Of a DNA stretch of 64,000 nucleotides, positions 1-13,183 are shown one piece after another (position 1 is the stretch's first letter; each line of letters starts with the position of its first letter). The DNA comes from Octopus bimaculoides (taxonomy: Eukaryota): contig NC_068984.1 in assembly GCF_001194135.2 (NCBI RefSeq), positions 93,519,383-93,583,382 of the forward strand, in the 5' to 3' direction. Made by a program: the position numbers and the translations under genes. The notes under the pieces were generated by a model. That model was given only the letters and a program-made list of their open reading frames with translations. It did not search any database and was not told the DNA's origin.

Positions 1-349
1 CTCCATCAATTGCCACGGAAAAAGGAATTGTCATACATTTTGATCTGGTTTACAAATAACTTTTACTTCAATAATATCTGCAGAGCTTCAGATCCATACA
101 AGAAGAAAGAGATCTTCAATATTGTTAATACTCAATTGGTTTAGGATTCCTGTGGTGCTCTCAACAAGTTAGCTAGCATGGAAAACAGTATCCAAGATCA
201 TAATAGATGAATATGACTATCTTTCTTATAGAAGAAGAGCACCAGAGAATAGATGTTTCCAACATTAGATAGGACAGGATGAAATTGAGATGAAGACTAC
301 AAGGTGTTCCTACAAAAAGCTAAAGTGATAAGTCTTGAGTATCATTAGA

Positions 350-545
350 AGAAAGTATACTTTAAATGTCACTCAACAGGAATGTTTCTTTCTATGACTT
401 TTCCATAAAGAAGGAGATGCAAGTTCATTTCAAGATATTCAAATAATCAATGAGAAAATTTGCATCACTTATAGAGAGAAAAGCTTTATATTTGGGTTGG
501 TGGAAAATGATATCCAATGGGATGCAGCATAGTCAGAAGATTCTG
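350..545 (+). mobile_element. Degenerate Helitron RepHel fragment
   Basis: Translates RKYTLNVTQQECFFL*LFHKEGDASSFQDIQIINEKICITYREKSFIFGLVENDIQWDAA, matching the Helitron segment 'GRVYTVHP..ECF.LR.LL....GP.SF......G....TYREAC..LGL.E.D..W'. Confidence 0.65.
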
Positions 546-639
546 TAACTCAAACAGCCAAGAGCCTATGAATTTTCTTTTTTTCATATTCATTGGATGG
601 ATCTTTTAAATTGCACCATCTAACTATTTGTTGCATTTT

Positions 640-1530
640 TGTCATCTTGAGACCAGCTTTTACTACTTCTGTCCATTTTGACCTTGGTTTTTGTCCTCCA
701 CAGTTCCCTTCCACTTGGATATCATGGCACCTTTTTACACATCCGTTATCCTTCATACACATTACTTCCATAAAAATGTACCTTTTGTTGTTGCACACAA
801 AAACTAATCCCTCTTATACTCAGGTAATCATTCACCTCATCTATACTATGCTACTCATGCATATTAAACATTAACCATTCAGGAGAGCATGATTGCTTCA
901 TTTCACTCAAACTTGTGCCTATCTTCTGTATTTGGTGTCCACATTTCACTTTGTACACAAGTAACATGCAATCTACTCATCACACAGAGAATCCATCTGT
1001 TGCAAACAAGTAACAACAACTTGAATTTTTTCCCCACTCTGTATTTATTCTGGTTACTATGCTTGTCGAGTACTCTCCTCTACAGCTGACTGGCTGCCCA
1101 TGTAACAGAAGCTACCAGCTATGTCTATAGCAATGGAAGGAATATATTTTACTTCTGCACTGGCTGCTAACTACTCCTGTACATCTGCCATAAACAAAGC
1201 CTTATTTCATTGTCGGTCCATCTGTTATCCCAGTACAAATTTTCAGCACTCCTAATTCACATAGTTCATACTTCTATTCTGCATATCAACTCAGAACTTA
1301 CTTCTATTCTGCATATCAAGCTCAGTCATTTTCCCTGATAACATGAAAGTCCTGCTCGTTTTTCAATTTACTAAAACTTTGGTCTTCGCAGTTCTAGGTT
1401 TTGCTTTCACATCTGGAATTTCTCTGCAGACCATATACTTTACCCTTTTGATATGAATATACCCAAGACCACTTCTAAATCCATAATGCAAAACCACTTA
1501 CGTGTTCATATTTAGACCATTTTGTTTCAT
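640..1530 (-). mobile_element. Decayed RTE LINE 3' fragment
   Basis: Translation MCMKDNGCVKRCHDIQVEGNCGGQKPRSKW matches the C-terminus of the RTE family in this window. A KTKV-type segment lies near 1380. Confidence 0.65.
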
Positions 1531-1788
1531 TCTGTCCCAAACACCAAATTAATCATGAAAAGTTTATTTTGCTAAATTCCTCTAAATTAACTGAAATATA
1601 CATTTGTTATGAAATATCAATTCTTATGAAGTACACTGTGTGTACTTCATAAGAAATGTGGTAAAGAAAAGAAGACTAACATTTCATCTTGAAAGCATCA
1701 CTGAAGATGAAGTAATAATAACCATCATTTATATACTGAAATATAAGATATAAGATAAAAATAAGAAGAAAATTCTGATAATACTTAC

Positions 1789-1895
1789 TGTAATTTAATG
1801 TATTAAGCAGATATAAAAGACTGTAAAATTGATGGTAGTTTTTAAATTTATCTGGTTTTGATTGGGTAAATGTATGAAGTTCCTTTAAAAAATAC
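1789..1895 (-). CDS. NCAPG2: Host gene exon H (107 nt, phase 2-1)
   Basis: Long pyrimidine tract ending ...ctattgaag| and donor |gtaagt. Encodes (R)YFLKELHTFTQSKPDKFKNYHQFYSLLYLLNTLNY, resembling the RSFLDEL segment near the NCAPG2 C-terminus. The terminal exon was not located. Confidence 0.72.
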
Positions 1896-1962
1896 CTTCA
1901 ATAGAAAAAGTATATTCATGAAAAAATAGAGAAAAACTGAAGAAAATTGTAAATGACATATA

Positions 1963-3168
1963 CAAGGTGGGAGGGGTATTTCAGAACATCTAATTTTCAG
2001 TGCATTACTCTCTTCAAACTAACTAAGAAGTTTCAAATCACCAAAGGCAGACAAAATGCTAACATAAGAAGTGAAAAGACATGCAGTCATTGTTGTCCTA
2101 TGTACAGAACACAGCATCTTAGAAAGTACCAACTTTCTAAATGTTGCAAGATCTTTTGTACATAAACTTCAGATGGAAATGGAAACCTCTGGCAGAAATA
2201 TTTCAACTCTATCAAAGAGAAAAAACATTTTAAATGTTTAGACACAATAAGGACATGACAATTCATCCAATGGATTCCAAACATTATTGATGATGATCCC
2301 AGAAAATGAATGAGTCATCATCAAAGAACTTTGGGTGCTAGAGTAAACTATGGCACACAAGGATACTTGATACAAGTCATAAATACTGAGAAGGGGCCAA
2401 TTCATATCTGCAAAGATACAGAAAAAAACTGTTTGGTTGTCCCAAGCATTACTTAACAAGTAACTGCATGGCATGCTTTGGTTTTTCTCTGATGAGAAAA
2501 ACTTCTACAAAGACCAAAAGTCTAACAGGAGAAAAGACAGATGGTTATATGCAGACACTTTGATGCCCTTGGAGTGATGAACACTAAGTTTCAAGCAGCT
2601 CTGATGGTTTTAGGAGTGGTGAATAATGAAGGCTATGTCATGCCACCTCACATCCTTCCACAGAGTCCCAAAATCATTGCTGCTCAGGTGTTGGAGACTA
2701 TTATTGAGTCCTGAATAGATGAGATATGCAGTGGTAGGTTATATGTGCTTCAATAAAACTCAGCACCTTGCAAAGCCCACATTGCTCAAGAATGGATGTT
2801 AGACAATCATTATGATTATACAATGCCAAGTTAGTATCCTCCAACTCACCAGATCTAAATCTCATAGATTATTACATTTGGTGCATTGTTGAAAGAGAGA
2901 CAACATGTTGAGAATACTATAGCTTCAATGAAGGCAACCGCTGTCCAAGTGATGTTCAGAAATGAATAACAGCTATTTAGAGCAGGAATGTCAATGACTC
3001 TGTTACCACATTAAGGCAGTCATTAAAGCTGAAGGTGGATTCATGGACTAATCTCATAAGAAAGCTTATCAAGAACATGTGCACAAATTTGTATTAAAAT
3101 ACATTTTCTTTTGTACTAGATTAGAGTTATTTTATTAAATCATTTTCTCAAATACTTTTCACACCTTG
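1963..3168 (+). mobile_element. Full-length decayed mariner-like (DDxD, maT-type) DNA transposon
   Basis: TA at both ends and imperfect ~29-bp TIRs (tacaaggtgggaggggtatttcagaacat vs tacaaggtgtgaaaagtatttgagaaaat). Internal remnants WFFSDEKNF, VMPPH, (Q)NSAP, PNSPDLNLIDYYIW, with stops and frameshifts. Confidence 0.85.
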
Positions 3169-3404
3169 TATTTCTCATTCTCCAATGAAATATTCTTGAA
3201 TGCCTTGCCTATAGAAACATGCACCTCATCTTCCTTGGCATTTAAACACACATAGCACACTTATGCACCTTATCCTCTTTGGTTGTAAAACACCATTCCA
3301 CTCTCCCCACTTACTTTATTCATGCTACTGTCATGGAACTTTCTTCTCTCCCTTCTTTCCTAACTAAATATAATGCAAACAATGCTATTGAAGTGATTTC
3401 CTTT

Positions 3405-3406
<2 letters not shown>

Positions 3407-3484
<78 letters not shown>

Positions 3485-3490
3485 TACATA
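3407..3490. repeat. (TA)n-(CA)n microsatellite
   Basis: Directly visible. Confidence 0.95.
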
Positions 3491-4709
3491 TAAACATATA
3501 TACAATTCTTGCCCATTCTTAATTTGAATTCCAATTCTAATACTATCCCCATCTCTTCAAGCATACTTTCTTTCTCCCACTCGATCACAAATTTTGCCCC
3601 ACCCTCTTCCCTCCACATTAATCATTTTTTAACAAACACCACTCCCCTTGCAAATCTCTAACCTTATTGAAAACTACTGGTCAAATGACCTTGCTTAAAT
3701 TCCATAACTCAGCCACTCCCTTATGTTTTTATTCCTTTTATTCTATTTTATTTTCTTAGTAATATTCCTAATTTCTCTCTACATTTATTTTCTCTACTTT
3801 TACTGTGCTCTCTATGCATGCTAATCAAGCACAAGTTTGTAGATAGGAACAAGACTATGGCAAGATAGGGGGAATAAGTTACTAGGCTGAACAAATGAAA
3901 TCTATTATCACTTGCATTTCTTTCCAATTAGGATCTACATCATTATAGACTAGAACATTTTGAATCAGTCTTTAGCTCTGCTGTTGAACAACAGAGCAAA
4001 CTATTTACAGTATGATAAAAATTCAATCTAGTGGTAATCCAGAAATCTGTCAGGATACAGTAGTAAAATATCAACAACAACAGAAAAAAAAAAAAAATCC
4101 TAAAATAAAAAAAAATAGCAGGAAAAGATAGCAAATTTTATGCTGAAGAGAGGTGGGCTCAACATTTCAGTTGAAGGTTCTTTGTGAAGAAAAAAACAAA
4201 GAAAAAGGAAAATAAGGTGCATGTTATGTATGTGCATGGGGAAGTGTATGTGTAGGAGAATGTGTGAGTATGTGTTGCTATTTAGTAGGTACAGTGCATA
4301 ATGGCATGTATGTATGACAGTTGGTATGTGTGTGTGTGAAGAGATGACAGTTTGTGAAGAGTACAAGGTGCACAAACAGATGTGTGGGAAAATGTTAGGA
4401 GGAAAGAAATGAAAATGACAAATATTAATTTTGGTAGGCTGTATACAGATCACAGTGCAAGTAGATGATCAATGATCTATGGTTTAAAACCTCTTTATCA
4501 GTGCAAGTTATAATTACTTTATTATTTCATTTCATTATCTATCTAAACACAGTTTCGTTTTCCATGCCATATGTTTAGCGAAAAAAAACTTAAGATGCTT
4601 ATGCTCAATCCAACTCTCCCTCTTTCTCCCTTTCTTTCACGCTCATTTATTCCTTCATTTATCTAATTTTGTCACAGTTAAGAATGCAAATGCCCAATTC
4701 TATCTCATT

Positions 4710-7700
4710 ATTATTATTACTATTCTTTCACACCGGTAGCCTGAGGTTCCTGCGTTTTTGCTGTTTCGCAGTGTGCCCAACCGACCCACCCCCGCCACTT
4801 GTACTAGAAGTCTTTATCCACTGACCTCTATCAGATGTCTTTCTCTTGAACGCCTCCAAAGGCTTAATGTTCCCCCACCCCTATTTACGGCTTATCTCCT
4901 ATGTAATGTAGAGATCATGTAGTACATAAAATGATGGTGTAGTGTATTCAGGTTGAAGGCTGTTGTATGTTTATGAGTTCTGCCAAATGTGAGCTTTCTT
5001 TTCAGGTACATCCCAGGGTCTCCCCGGACCACACCTTCCACACCCTCAGAGTTGGCACATTGAAAGGTAGATCTAGTGAGATTGTTGAGATGCTTGAACA
5101 GAGATGTGTAGATTTGTGCTGCATCCAAGAAGTAAGGTGGAGAGGAAGTTCTGCTAGGTTCCTCACAGGCTGGGTAGGGAACACTGATGGGGTTAGGGTG
5201 TGGGTATATTTCTTGCACAAAAATGGGTTGATAAGGTAATCAAGGTAGTCAGAGTCTGTAATAGAATACTTAAGCTTAGATTAGTGCTGCAGCATGGATT
5301 AGCAACCATTATCTTGGCCTATGCCCCTCAGCCAGGGCTAGAATAGAAAGACTGATTTTATGACATCTTCTTGCAGACTACTTTGTCGATGAATGACAGG
5401 GACTTTCTCTTTGTGGCTGGCATCTTCAATGGGTATGTTGGACAACATGCAGGGGTCTTCCATGACATACATGGTGGCTGTGGTTTTGGTTCCCGCAATG
5501 AGGAAGGAACCAGGCTGCTGGAGTTCTGCGATGCAAATGATCTTATGGGTTGTAATACTAACTTCAGGAAACTTGCCAGTCACCTACTACCTACCAGTTT
5601 GGTGGACACACTAGTCAAATTGACATCCTCGCCAGGAAATGGGAAAGAAGGCTACTTATAAATGCCAAAACCTTCCTAGGTTAAGAATGCACCTTGCAAC
5701 ATAGATTAGTAGTTAGCAACTTCAGGATCAGGGCTAAATGGATGCGCAGAAGATGACCAGCATGGAAAAGAATGGTCTGGAAGCTTAAGGATCCTCTGAA
5801 TGGACAGAGATTTAGAGATGTATTACTTGAAGCTTTTGACAAAACAGAGGAGGATATAGCATCACATGATGTGGAAGACAACTGGAGGTTCCTACAGGAC
5901 AACCTATTGAGGGCTCCTGACCAGATCTGTGGATGGCACAAAGTCCCCTCTTGACCCAAGGTGATGTGGTGGGGGAACAATATAGTTGACAGGGCTATTA
6001 AAGAAAAGAAACAGGCATGGAATGACTGAAAGAATGGTGGTAGCAGGGAATTGTATCAGATTGCCAGAAGGGAAGCTAGGAGAAAGGTTTACTAAGGCAG
6101 AGGGGAAGCAGATAAGAAAAAATTTGCCAATGTTCTGCGTCATGAGGATCGAAGACTTGACGTGTGTCATGTTGCAAGACAGTGTGTCAGAGAGAATCGT
6201 GATGTCATAGGAGAGAAATGTGTCCGCATGGATGATGGTACACTTGCTTTTAATGATTCTGCAAAGAAAGAGACTTAGAGATGCCACTATGAAAGGTTGC
6301 TAAATGAAGAGAATGAATAGGAGAATGAGAGTCTGCTGAATGTCAACCCAACAGAGGGACCAGCTATCCGAATTGACAGTACCTTGGCAGATAAAGCAAT
6401 TAAGGATATAAAGACAGGGAAAGTCCCCGGTCCATCAGGAATCACTGCAGAGATGCTTAAAATATCTGGCGGTGTCAGCTATAGTCTAGTTACCTATATA
6501 ACTGCAGAGATGCTTAAAATATATGACGGTGTCGGATATAGTCTAGTTACCCATATAACCGCAGAGATGTTTAAAATATCCGGCAGTGTCAGCTATAGTC
6601 CAGTTACTCATATAGTCAATCAGATGATACATGAGTGAGTCATACACAATGACTTCTGTAGCAGCACCATAGTTAACTGCTACAAAGGTAAAGGTGATGC
6701 ATTAGATACAAATAATTACAGAGGTATCAAGTTGTTGCATTAGGTAATGAAAGTCACAGAGAGGGTCAAAGCCCAACTAATTAGGGAACAAGTCAGTTTA
6801 GATGAAATGCAGTTTGGGTTCGTGCCAGGAAAAAGCACCACTGATGCTATATTTCTAGTAAGACAGCTGCAGGAGAAATACCCAGCCAAAGATAAACCTC
6901 TTTACTTGGCTATTGTTGACATGAAAAAAGCCTTTGTTAGGGTCCCCTGATTTCTTATGTGGTAGTCAATGCAGAAACTAGGGATAGATGAGTGGATAGT
7001 GAGAGCGGTACAAGCCATGAAGATGAGGGTTGGCAACAAGTGAAGAATTTCGGATAGGGGTCCACCAAAGATAAGTTCTCATCTCCCTCTTATTCATCAT
7101 AGTCTTCCAGGCAATTACAGAGGAATTCAAGACAGGATACCCCTGGTCATCTCTATGCTGATGACCTTGCTCTAACAGCTGAGTCACTATCAGAACTAGA
7201 GGAGAACTTTCAGGTGTGGAAGCAAGCATTAGAACTGAAGGGCCTTAAAGTCAGCCTAGCAAAAACCAAAGTCTTAATAAGTAGGAAGGCAGACAAATCA
7301 CAAATACCTTCATGTAGACGGCCCTGCTTGTTCTGTAGAAAAGGCATAGGCAGAAACTCCATAAGATGTACCCGGTGTAAGCTATAGACACATAAGAGGT
7401 GCAGCAATATTAAAGGAAGGCTAACTGGAAAGATAGTTTTGTGTGTGGCAAATGCTCAGGGACAATAAACACTGAAAATATGCAGAAAACAGCTTCTGTC
7501 ACATGCCAGAGGGAAAAACTAGAAGTAGTTGATAGTTTCCTTTACCTAAGAGACCAAGTCAGTAGCAGAGGTGGATGCTTTGAGCTTGTAGCTGCTAGAA
7601 TAAGAATAGCCTGGGCAAAGTTCAGAGACAAAGAGCCTCTCCCTCAGAGTAAAAGGTAGACTGTATGACGCATGTGTGCAAACAACTACATGGCAGTGAA

Positions 7701-8416
7701 ACATGGGCCATGACTGAGGACATGCGTAAGCTTGCAAGAAATGAAGCTGGTATGCTCCACTGGATGAGTAATGTCAGTGTGCATACATGACAGAGTGTAA
7801 GCACCTAAAGGAAAAGTTGGACATCAGAAGCATCGGATGTGGTGTGAAAGAGAGACAGCTGCACTGGTATAGATGAGGACAGCTGTGTGAAAAAGTGTCA
7901 CACCCTAGCAGTAGAGGGAACCTGTGGAAGAGGTAGACCCAGAAAGACCTGGGATGTGGTGGTGAAGCATGACCTTTGAATGTTGGGCCTCACGGAGGCG
8001 ATGAAAAGTGACCAAGACCTTTGGAGAAATGCTGTGATTGAGAAGACCCGGCAAGCCAAGTGAGACCGTAACCATGGCCTATGCCAGTGTAGCATAACTG
8101 GCCCATTTAAGAGCATCCTTCAATCACTGGGCAATAAACTGTTCTTGCAAAGACCTGTTGAGTCAAGTGAAGTCGTGGCCGACTGACACCTGTGCTGGTG
8201 GCACATAAAAAGCCCCATTCGAGCGTGGTCGATGCCAGTGGCACGTAAAAAGCACCCACTACACTGTCGGAGAGGTTGGCGTTAGGAAGGGCATCCAGCT
8301 GTGTAGAAAATTGTCAGATCAGATTGGAGCCTGGCACAGCCTTCTGGCTTGCCAGTCCTCAGTCAAACCCAATCCCGTATGGAAAGTGGACATTGAACGA
8401 CAATGATGATGACGAT
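4710..8416 (+). mobile_element. Near full-length RTE LINE, inactive
   Basis: AP-endonuclease start (VGTLKGRSSEIVEMLEQRCVDLCCIQEVRW). RT motifs QFGFVPGKSTTDAIF, DMKKAF and YADDL, followed by a PHD-like finger, a long 3' UTR and a GAT-rich tail. Many stops and frameshifts. Confidence 0.92.
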
Positions 8417-8599
8417 AGGGATCAAGTAGAGTAAAATAGGAATCAAAGGAATCCATAGGCATAAAACAGTTGAAAACCACTGCTTTAAATGAAGAGATGG
8501 ACACTAGCAAAAGCAGGAAAAAAAAAAAAAAATTCAAGTGGGATCTAACCAAAATGTTACACAGACTACAGTGGTATTTTAAGAAAGGAACTTCAGAGA

Positions 8600-9120
8600 A
8601 GTGGGAAGTGGTAGAGTCAGACTGGAAAAAGACAGATGTACTGGAGGATGATGTGCCGTAACGATAAGGTGTTAGGATGAAGGTGAGGGGAAGGGAAGGT
8701 TGTTATGAGACATGAAGGTAGAAGTATGGTCAATAATGCATGGAAAATGATGTCAACAGTGGGTTGGGGATAACTATGTTGTGAAGTAACAGATCATTTG
8801 GTGCAGTCATAACCATACAGGTAGCAGGGGTGAAGGGATTGCAAGTAAAAGATAACATAGTTGATGTGAGTCAAGTAGGAAGAAGTGACAGCAAGTTTGG
8901 AGTGGGAATCAGTGAGTTTGTAAAAGACAGAGGTAGAGAGGCTAGGCTAATCAGTAGAAATAGAGATGTTCAAGAAGTTGTAGTAATGGGGAATGTAAAA
9001 TCTAATGCACAGTAGGAGTTGACAAATGTGATGAAGATAAGCTGTTCACTGATAAGTGAAGTGGCAGTAACAAATCATCACCTGTATAGCTTGGGAGAGA
9101 AGTCCAGTGAACTAAGGGAA
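8600..9120 (-). mobile_element. Penelope-like element RT remnant
   Basis: Frame-shifted remnants YTGDD, TATSLISEQLIFITFVNSYCALDFTF, FLNISIS and STSVFYKLTDSHS, resembling the PLE RT C-terminal palm/thumb (FLD...STSVYYKPTDSHSYL). Confidence 0.55.
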
Positions 9121-9139
9121 GAAATGTCCTCATTATAGT

Positions 9140-9388
9140 TGTTACACGTTCATATTTATGTGAATGCATAGGTATACGTATATATGAATACATCCCCACT
9201 AGTAGTACTATTTTGTTAAGCGCATCTACAAAGCAGTATGGACTGTGTCTAAGGCAGATACGCACAGTGTGTATCACTCCGCTATATATACTGTTTGTAA
9301 ACATGTGAAGTAAATAAACACTTAGAATCATAACAACGCCTTCAATGAGTTGTTTATTATCCGAACACGAACAAAAGAATACATAACA
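9140..9388 (+). repeat. 5' LTR of Gypsy element 1
   Basis: TG...CA termini; followed by the PBS-like tggtggtagc. Confidence 0.93.
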
Positions 9389-12300
9389 TGGTGGTAGCAA
9401 TAAATACTTAATCGAAAACTGTGCCTTTACAACAAAACAGGAAAACAACAAACCTGAAATTTAACAAACTGAATATCGCTTCGTCTTCGAGGACACACAG
9501 ACACACACACACGCGCGCAAGGATCAGAAATGGCAGCCCCCGTCGCCGTACAGATGAATCTACATCCAACCATGAACTGGGACGCGGATGATATCGTGGA
9601 AGTGTTCAAGAAATTCAAACAGAAAACTCAACTGGCTTTCAGAAGCTTCCTGAAAGGTACAACTGCAGATGAAAAGGTAAGCTACATCCTTTTATGGGCG
9701 GGAGAGAAGGGCCTAGACCTATTCAATAGTTGGGACATGTCAGAATCAGATTGCAATAATCCAGACAAACTTTTAGAGAAATTTGAAAGGCACATAGAGC
9801 CCAGATCAAACCATAGAATTCATAGGTATGAATTCCAGGGCCTGAAATAAGACATACAAGAAACGATTGACAACTTCCTGTCCAGACTAAAGAATGTTGC
9901 CGAGAAATGCAGATTCAAAGACAAGGACGAAAGGATTGTTGATCAACTTATATGAGGGTGTGCTCATAAAGAAGTCCAGAAATCCCTCATCTCCAGTTGG
10001 CAGAAGCAGTAGACACTGCAAGAGCATTCGAAGTCACTACCAAACAAATGGCCTCACTTACTTTACAAACAAACACAATAGGCAGCAGTGTAAAAATTCT
10101 ATCTAGACAAAGGACGAAACATACCCACAAACAGAGAACATGCCAGTACTGTGGTACAGAGCATGAGTTCAATGACCGGAGGAAATGTCCTGCATTCGGT
10201 ACACACTGCAAAGCATGTGGAAAGCCCAACCACTGGGANNNNNNNNNNNNNNNNNNNCAGAAGCAGTAGACACTGCAAGAGCATTCGAAGTCACTACCAA
10301 ACAAATGGCCTCACTTACTTTACAAACAAACACAATAGGCAGCAGTGTAAAAATTCTATCTAGACAAAGGACGAAACATACCCACAAACAGAGAACATGC
10401 CAGTACTGTGGTACAGAGCATGAGTTCAATGACCGGAGGAAATGTCCTGCATTCGGTACACACTGCAAAGCATGTGGAAAGCCCAACCACTGGGAAAAAA
10501 TGTGTAGACTAACAAAATCTCACAAATACAAACCCCAATTTTCAAAGAAGAGCTGTAAGACAAAGAGATACACATGCCCAACATCAGGAAGAAAACACCT
10601 CAGAGGAGGAATTCTTGGCAGTTGGCACAATAAATGTACATGAGATGGGAAATGACAACCAGAAAAAAAATGAGGCATATACAACAATACAAATTCAAAA
10701 GAAGTCAGGCAAGAAACGAATAAACATTGACTTAAAGCTAAAGATTGACAGTGGAGCCCAGAGTGATATCTTACCTGTCAACCTCTACAAAAAGATGTTC
10801 CCAGAACACATGATACAAGAGGATAAAGTCAAAGAAGGAATCCTCACACCAAATGATGTAATCCTCACTGCATACGGAGGTATCAGGATTCCACAACTGG
10901 GCATAACAACCATCACAGGGACACACAAAGGAAAAATAATCAAGTGTTCTTTTTATGTCACCAGAATAGAAGGACCTGCAATTCTTGGACTTGATACCTG
11001 TCAAAAGCTTAATATTGTGTCAATCAACGGTGAAGTGAAGGCAGCTCCAAGCAGGATTGACAGAGATATGCCTATCAAAAACCGACCATCAATCACAAAT
11101 AAAGAAGAACTGATAAGCATGTACCCAGAATGCTTTGACGATACTGTCAGGTGCTTTGAGAAATGTCGATACCACATAACAGTCGACCCCAATGCCAAAC
11201 CAATTGTCCACCCACCTCGCCGCGTTCCACTAGAACTAAAAGAGAAGCTGAAGGCAGAGTTAGACAGAATGAAAAAAAAGGATCTTTTGGCAATGAAAAA
11301 ATAGAAGTAATCTCTCTTATACTAATGGATTGTCAGCGCAAGGGTGGCAATCCTGCAGCAGAAACCGATGCCGCATCTGTCAAAAGTACAGAAACTCACA
11401 ACAAAAGGAGGAAATGATATCCAGTGACATTCCAAGAAGGCCATGGCAAACTATTGGAGTAGATCTGTTCACAGAGAACCAAGAATGGTACTTGATTATG
11501 GTCTGCTACTACTCCAAATTCCCATTTGTGAGTAAAGTGAAAGACCTGAGAGCCAAAACAATAATTACAGTGGCTCGAGGACTTCTAGCAGAGCAAGGAA
11601 TACCAGAGCAGATCATATGTGACAATGGAACCCAGTTCACATCTCAGGAATTCAAAAAGCTAGCTGATGAGTATGGGTTCAACATTGTAACCTCATCTTC
11701 ACGCTACCCCAAAGGTCATGGATTCATAGAAAGACAGGTGCAGACAGTCAAGAGAACACTAGTCAAATGCCGAGAAACCAAGGAAGACCCACACCTGGCT
11801 CTTTTGTCCCTACGAGCAACACCACTGAGAGCTGACATGAAATCCCCAGTAGAAATGCTGAATGGCAGGAAATATAAAACCACTCTGCCAACTAAGATTC
11901 AACCTCCTATTGACCAGGAAGAGACAAGGGCAAAGCTAGCAGCCACTCAGGAACAAGCACAGAAATATTACAACAAACATTCACAATATTTACCTGAGAT
12001 ACTTGGACGACAACATGTGCATACTCAAGATCCTATAACCAAAACATGGATCCCAGCACAAGTTGTCAGTAGAGCTGAAACTCCAAGATTGTTCATTATA
12101 GAAGCTGAATCTGGTAGGCAGCTGAGATGTAACAGGGCCCACATCTGCCCAACATCAAAGCTATCGAGGATAACATGCGCAACACCTGTAGCATCAGTGA
12201 CAACACCAACAAGAACTACAACACCCACAGCAGATAACGGCACAAACAGAATCCTTGTTTCCACAGAATCATCACCCCAACGGGCACCAACCACCCATCA

Positions 12301-12546
12301 GCAGCCCAACAACACACCTCAGAGCACAAGATCCACCAGATGGAGACCGAACATTTTACCACTGATTCAATACCATTAAAAGAGAAAATGTAATAAAACA
12401 ACTATTTCTGCTAGATTAGGAAGCAGAAAACCATGTGTGGGCAGAATAATCTCATGGTTTCTGCTGCAGGATTGCCACCCTTGCGCTGACAATCCATTAA
12501 TATAAGGGAGATTAATTCTATTTTTTCATTGCCAAAAGATCCTTTT

Positions 12547-12795
12547 TTTTACATGTTCATATCTATGTGCATGTGTAGGTATACGTACATATGAATACAT
12601 CCCCATTAGTACTACTATTTTGTTAAGCGCATCTACTAAGCGGTATGAACTGTGTCTAAGGCAGATACGCACAGTGTGTATCACTCCGCTATATATACTG
12701 TTTGTAAACATGTCAAGTAAATAAACACGTAGAATCATAATAATGCCTTCAGTGAGTTGTTTATTATCCCAACACGAACAAAAGAATACATAACA
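12547..12795 (+). repeat. 3' LTR of Gypsy element 1
   Basis: Colinear with 9140-9388; the initial TG reads TT. Confidence 0.93.
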
Positions 12796-13088
12796 ATAGT
12801 AAATATTATTTTGTGAAATTATTCTACAAATACCAATTGAAAATAATATAGGGCATAAGAGAGCTGTTTTCTCTTACATATTTCTATTGCTATCTTGGAA
12901 ACAGTTTATTTGAGTATTCTGTGGTAGATTCCCCCTTTTCTTAATGTATTCTGTATCTATAGATCTTTAGTCTTTTTCAATTCAAGATTTATCATCCACA
13001 CAAAAAAATAACTAACAACACTTTGCAGTATCATAAAGGGTACAAAATTTGAGATGAAAGAGAAAGGAGAACTGAAATAGAGACAGAC

Positions 13089-13183
13089 CTTATTAAAAAA
13101 GGTTTTTTAAAAATAATATTCAGTAGCCATAGTGATACAAGCTTTATATCCTGGAAATTTGAAGGCACTTCATTGATGTCATT
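13089..13183 (-). CDS. NCAPG2: Host gene exon G (95 nt, phase 0-2)
   Basis: Acceptor ttattgttatctgcag| and donor aag|gtctgt. Encodes NDINEVPSNFQDIKLVSLWLLNIIFKKPFLI(R). Confidence 0.72.

Larger units (their letters stand above)
9140..12795 (+). mobile_element. Gypsy LTR retrotransposon (Mag-like), RT/RNase H deleted
   Basis: Two 249-bp LTRs (9140-9388, 12547-12795; 18 mismatches by hand count) and a 5-bp TSD ATAGT. PBS tggtggtagc at 9389. Gag with a double Cys-His knuckle, protease LKIDSGA, RT start PRRVP, and integrase core (GVDLF, CDNGTQF, GFIERQVQTVK). Confidence 0.95.

Noticed and set aside
9996-10496. Near-exact ~240-bp tandem duplication in the gag of Gypsy element 1
   Set aside because: The two copies directly flank a 20-N gap; most likely unmerged overlapping contig ends rather than biology.
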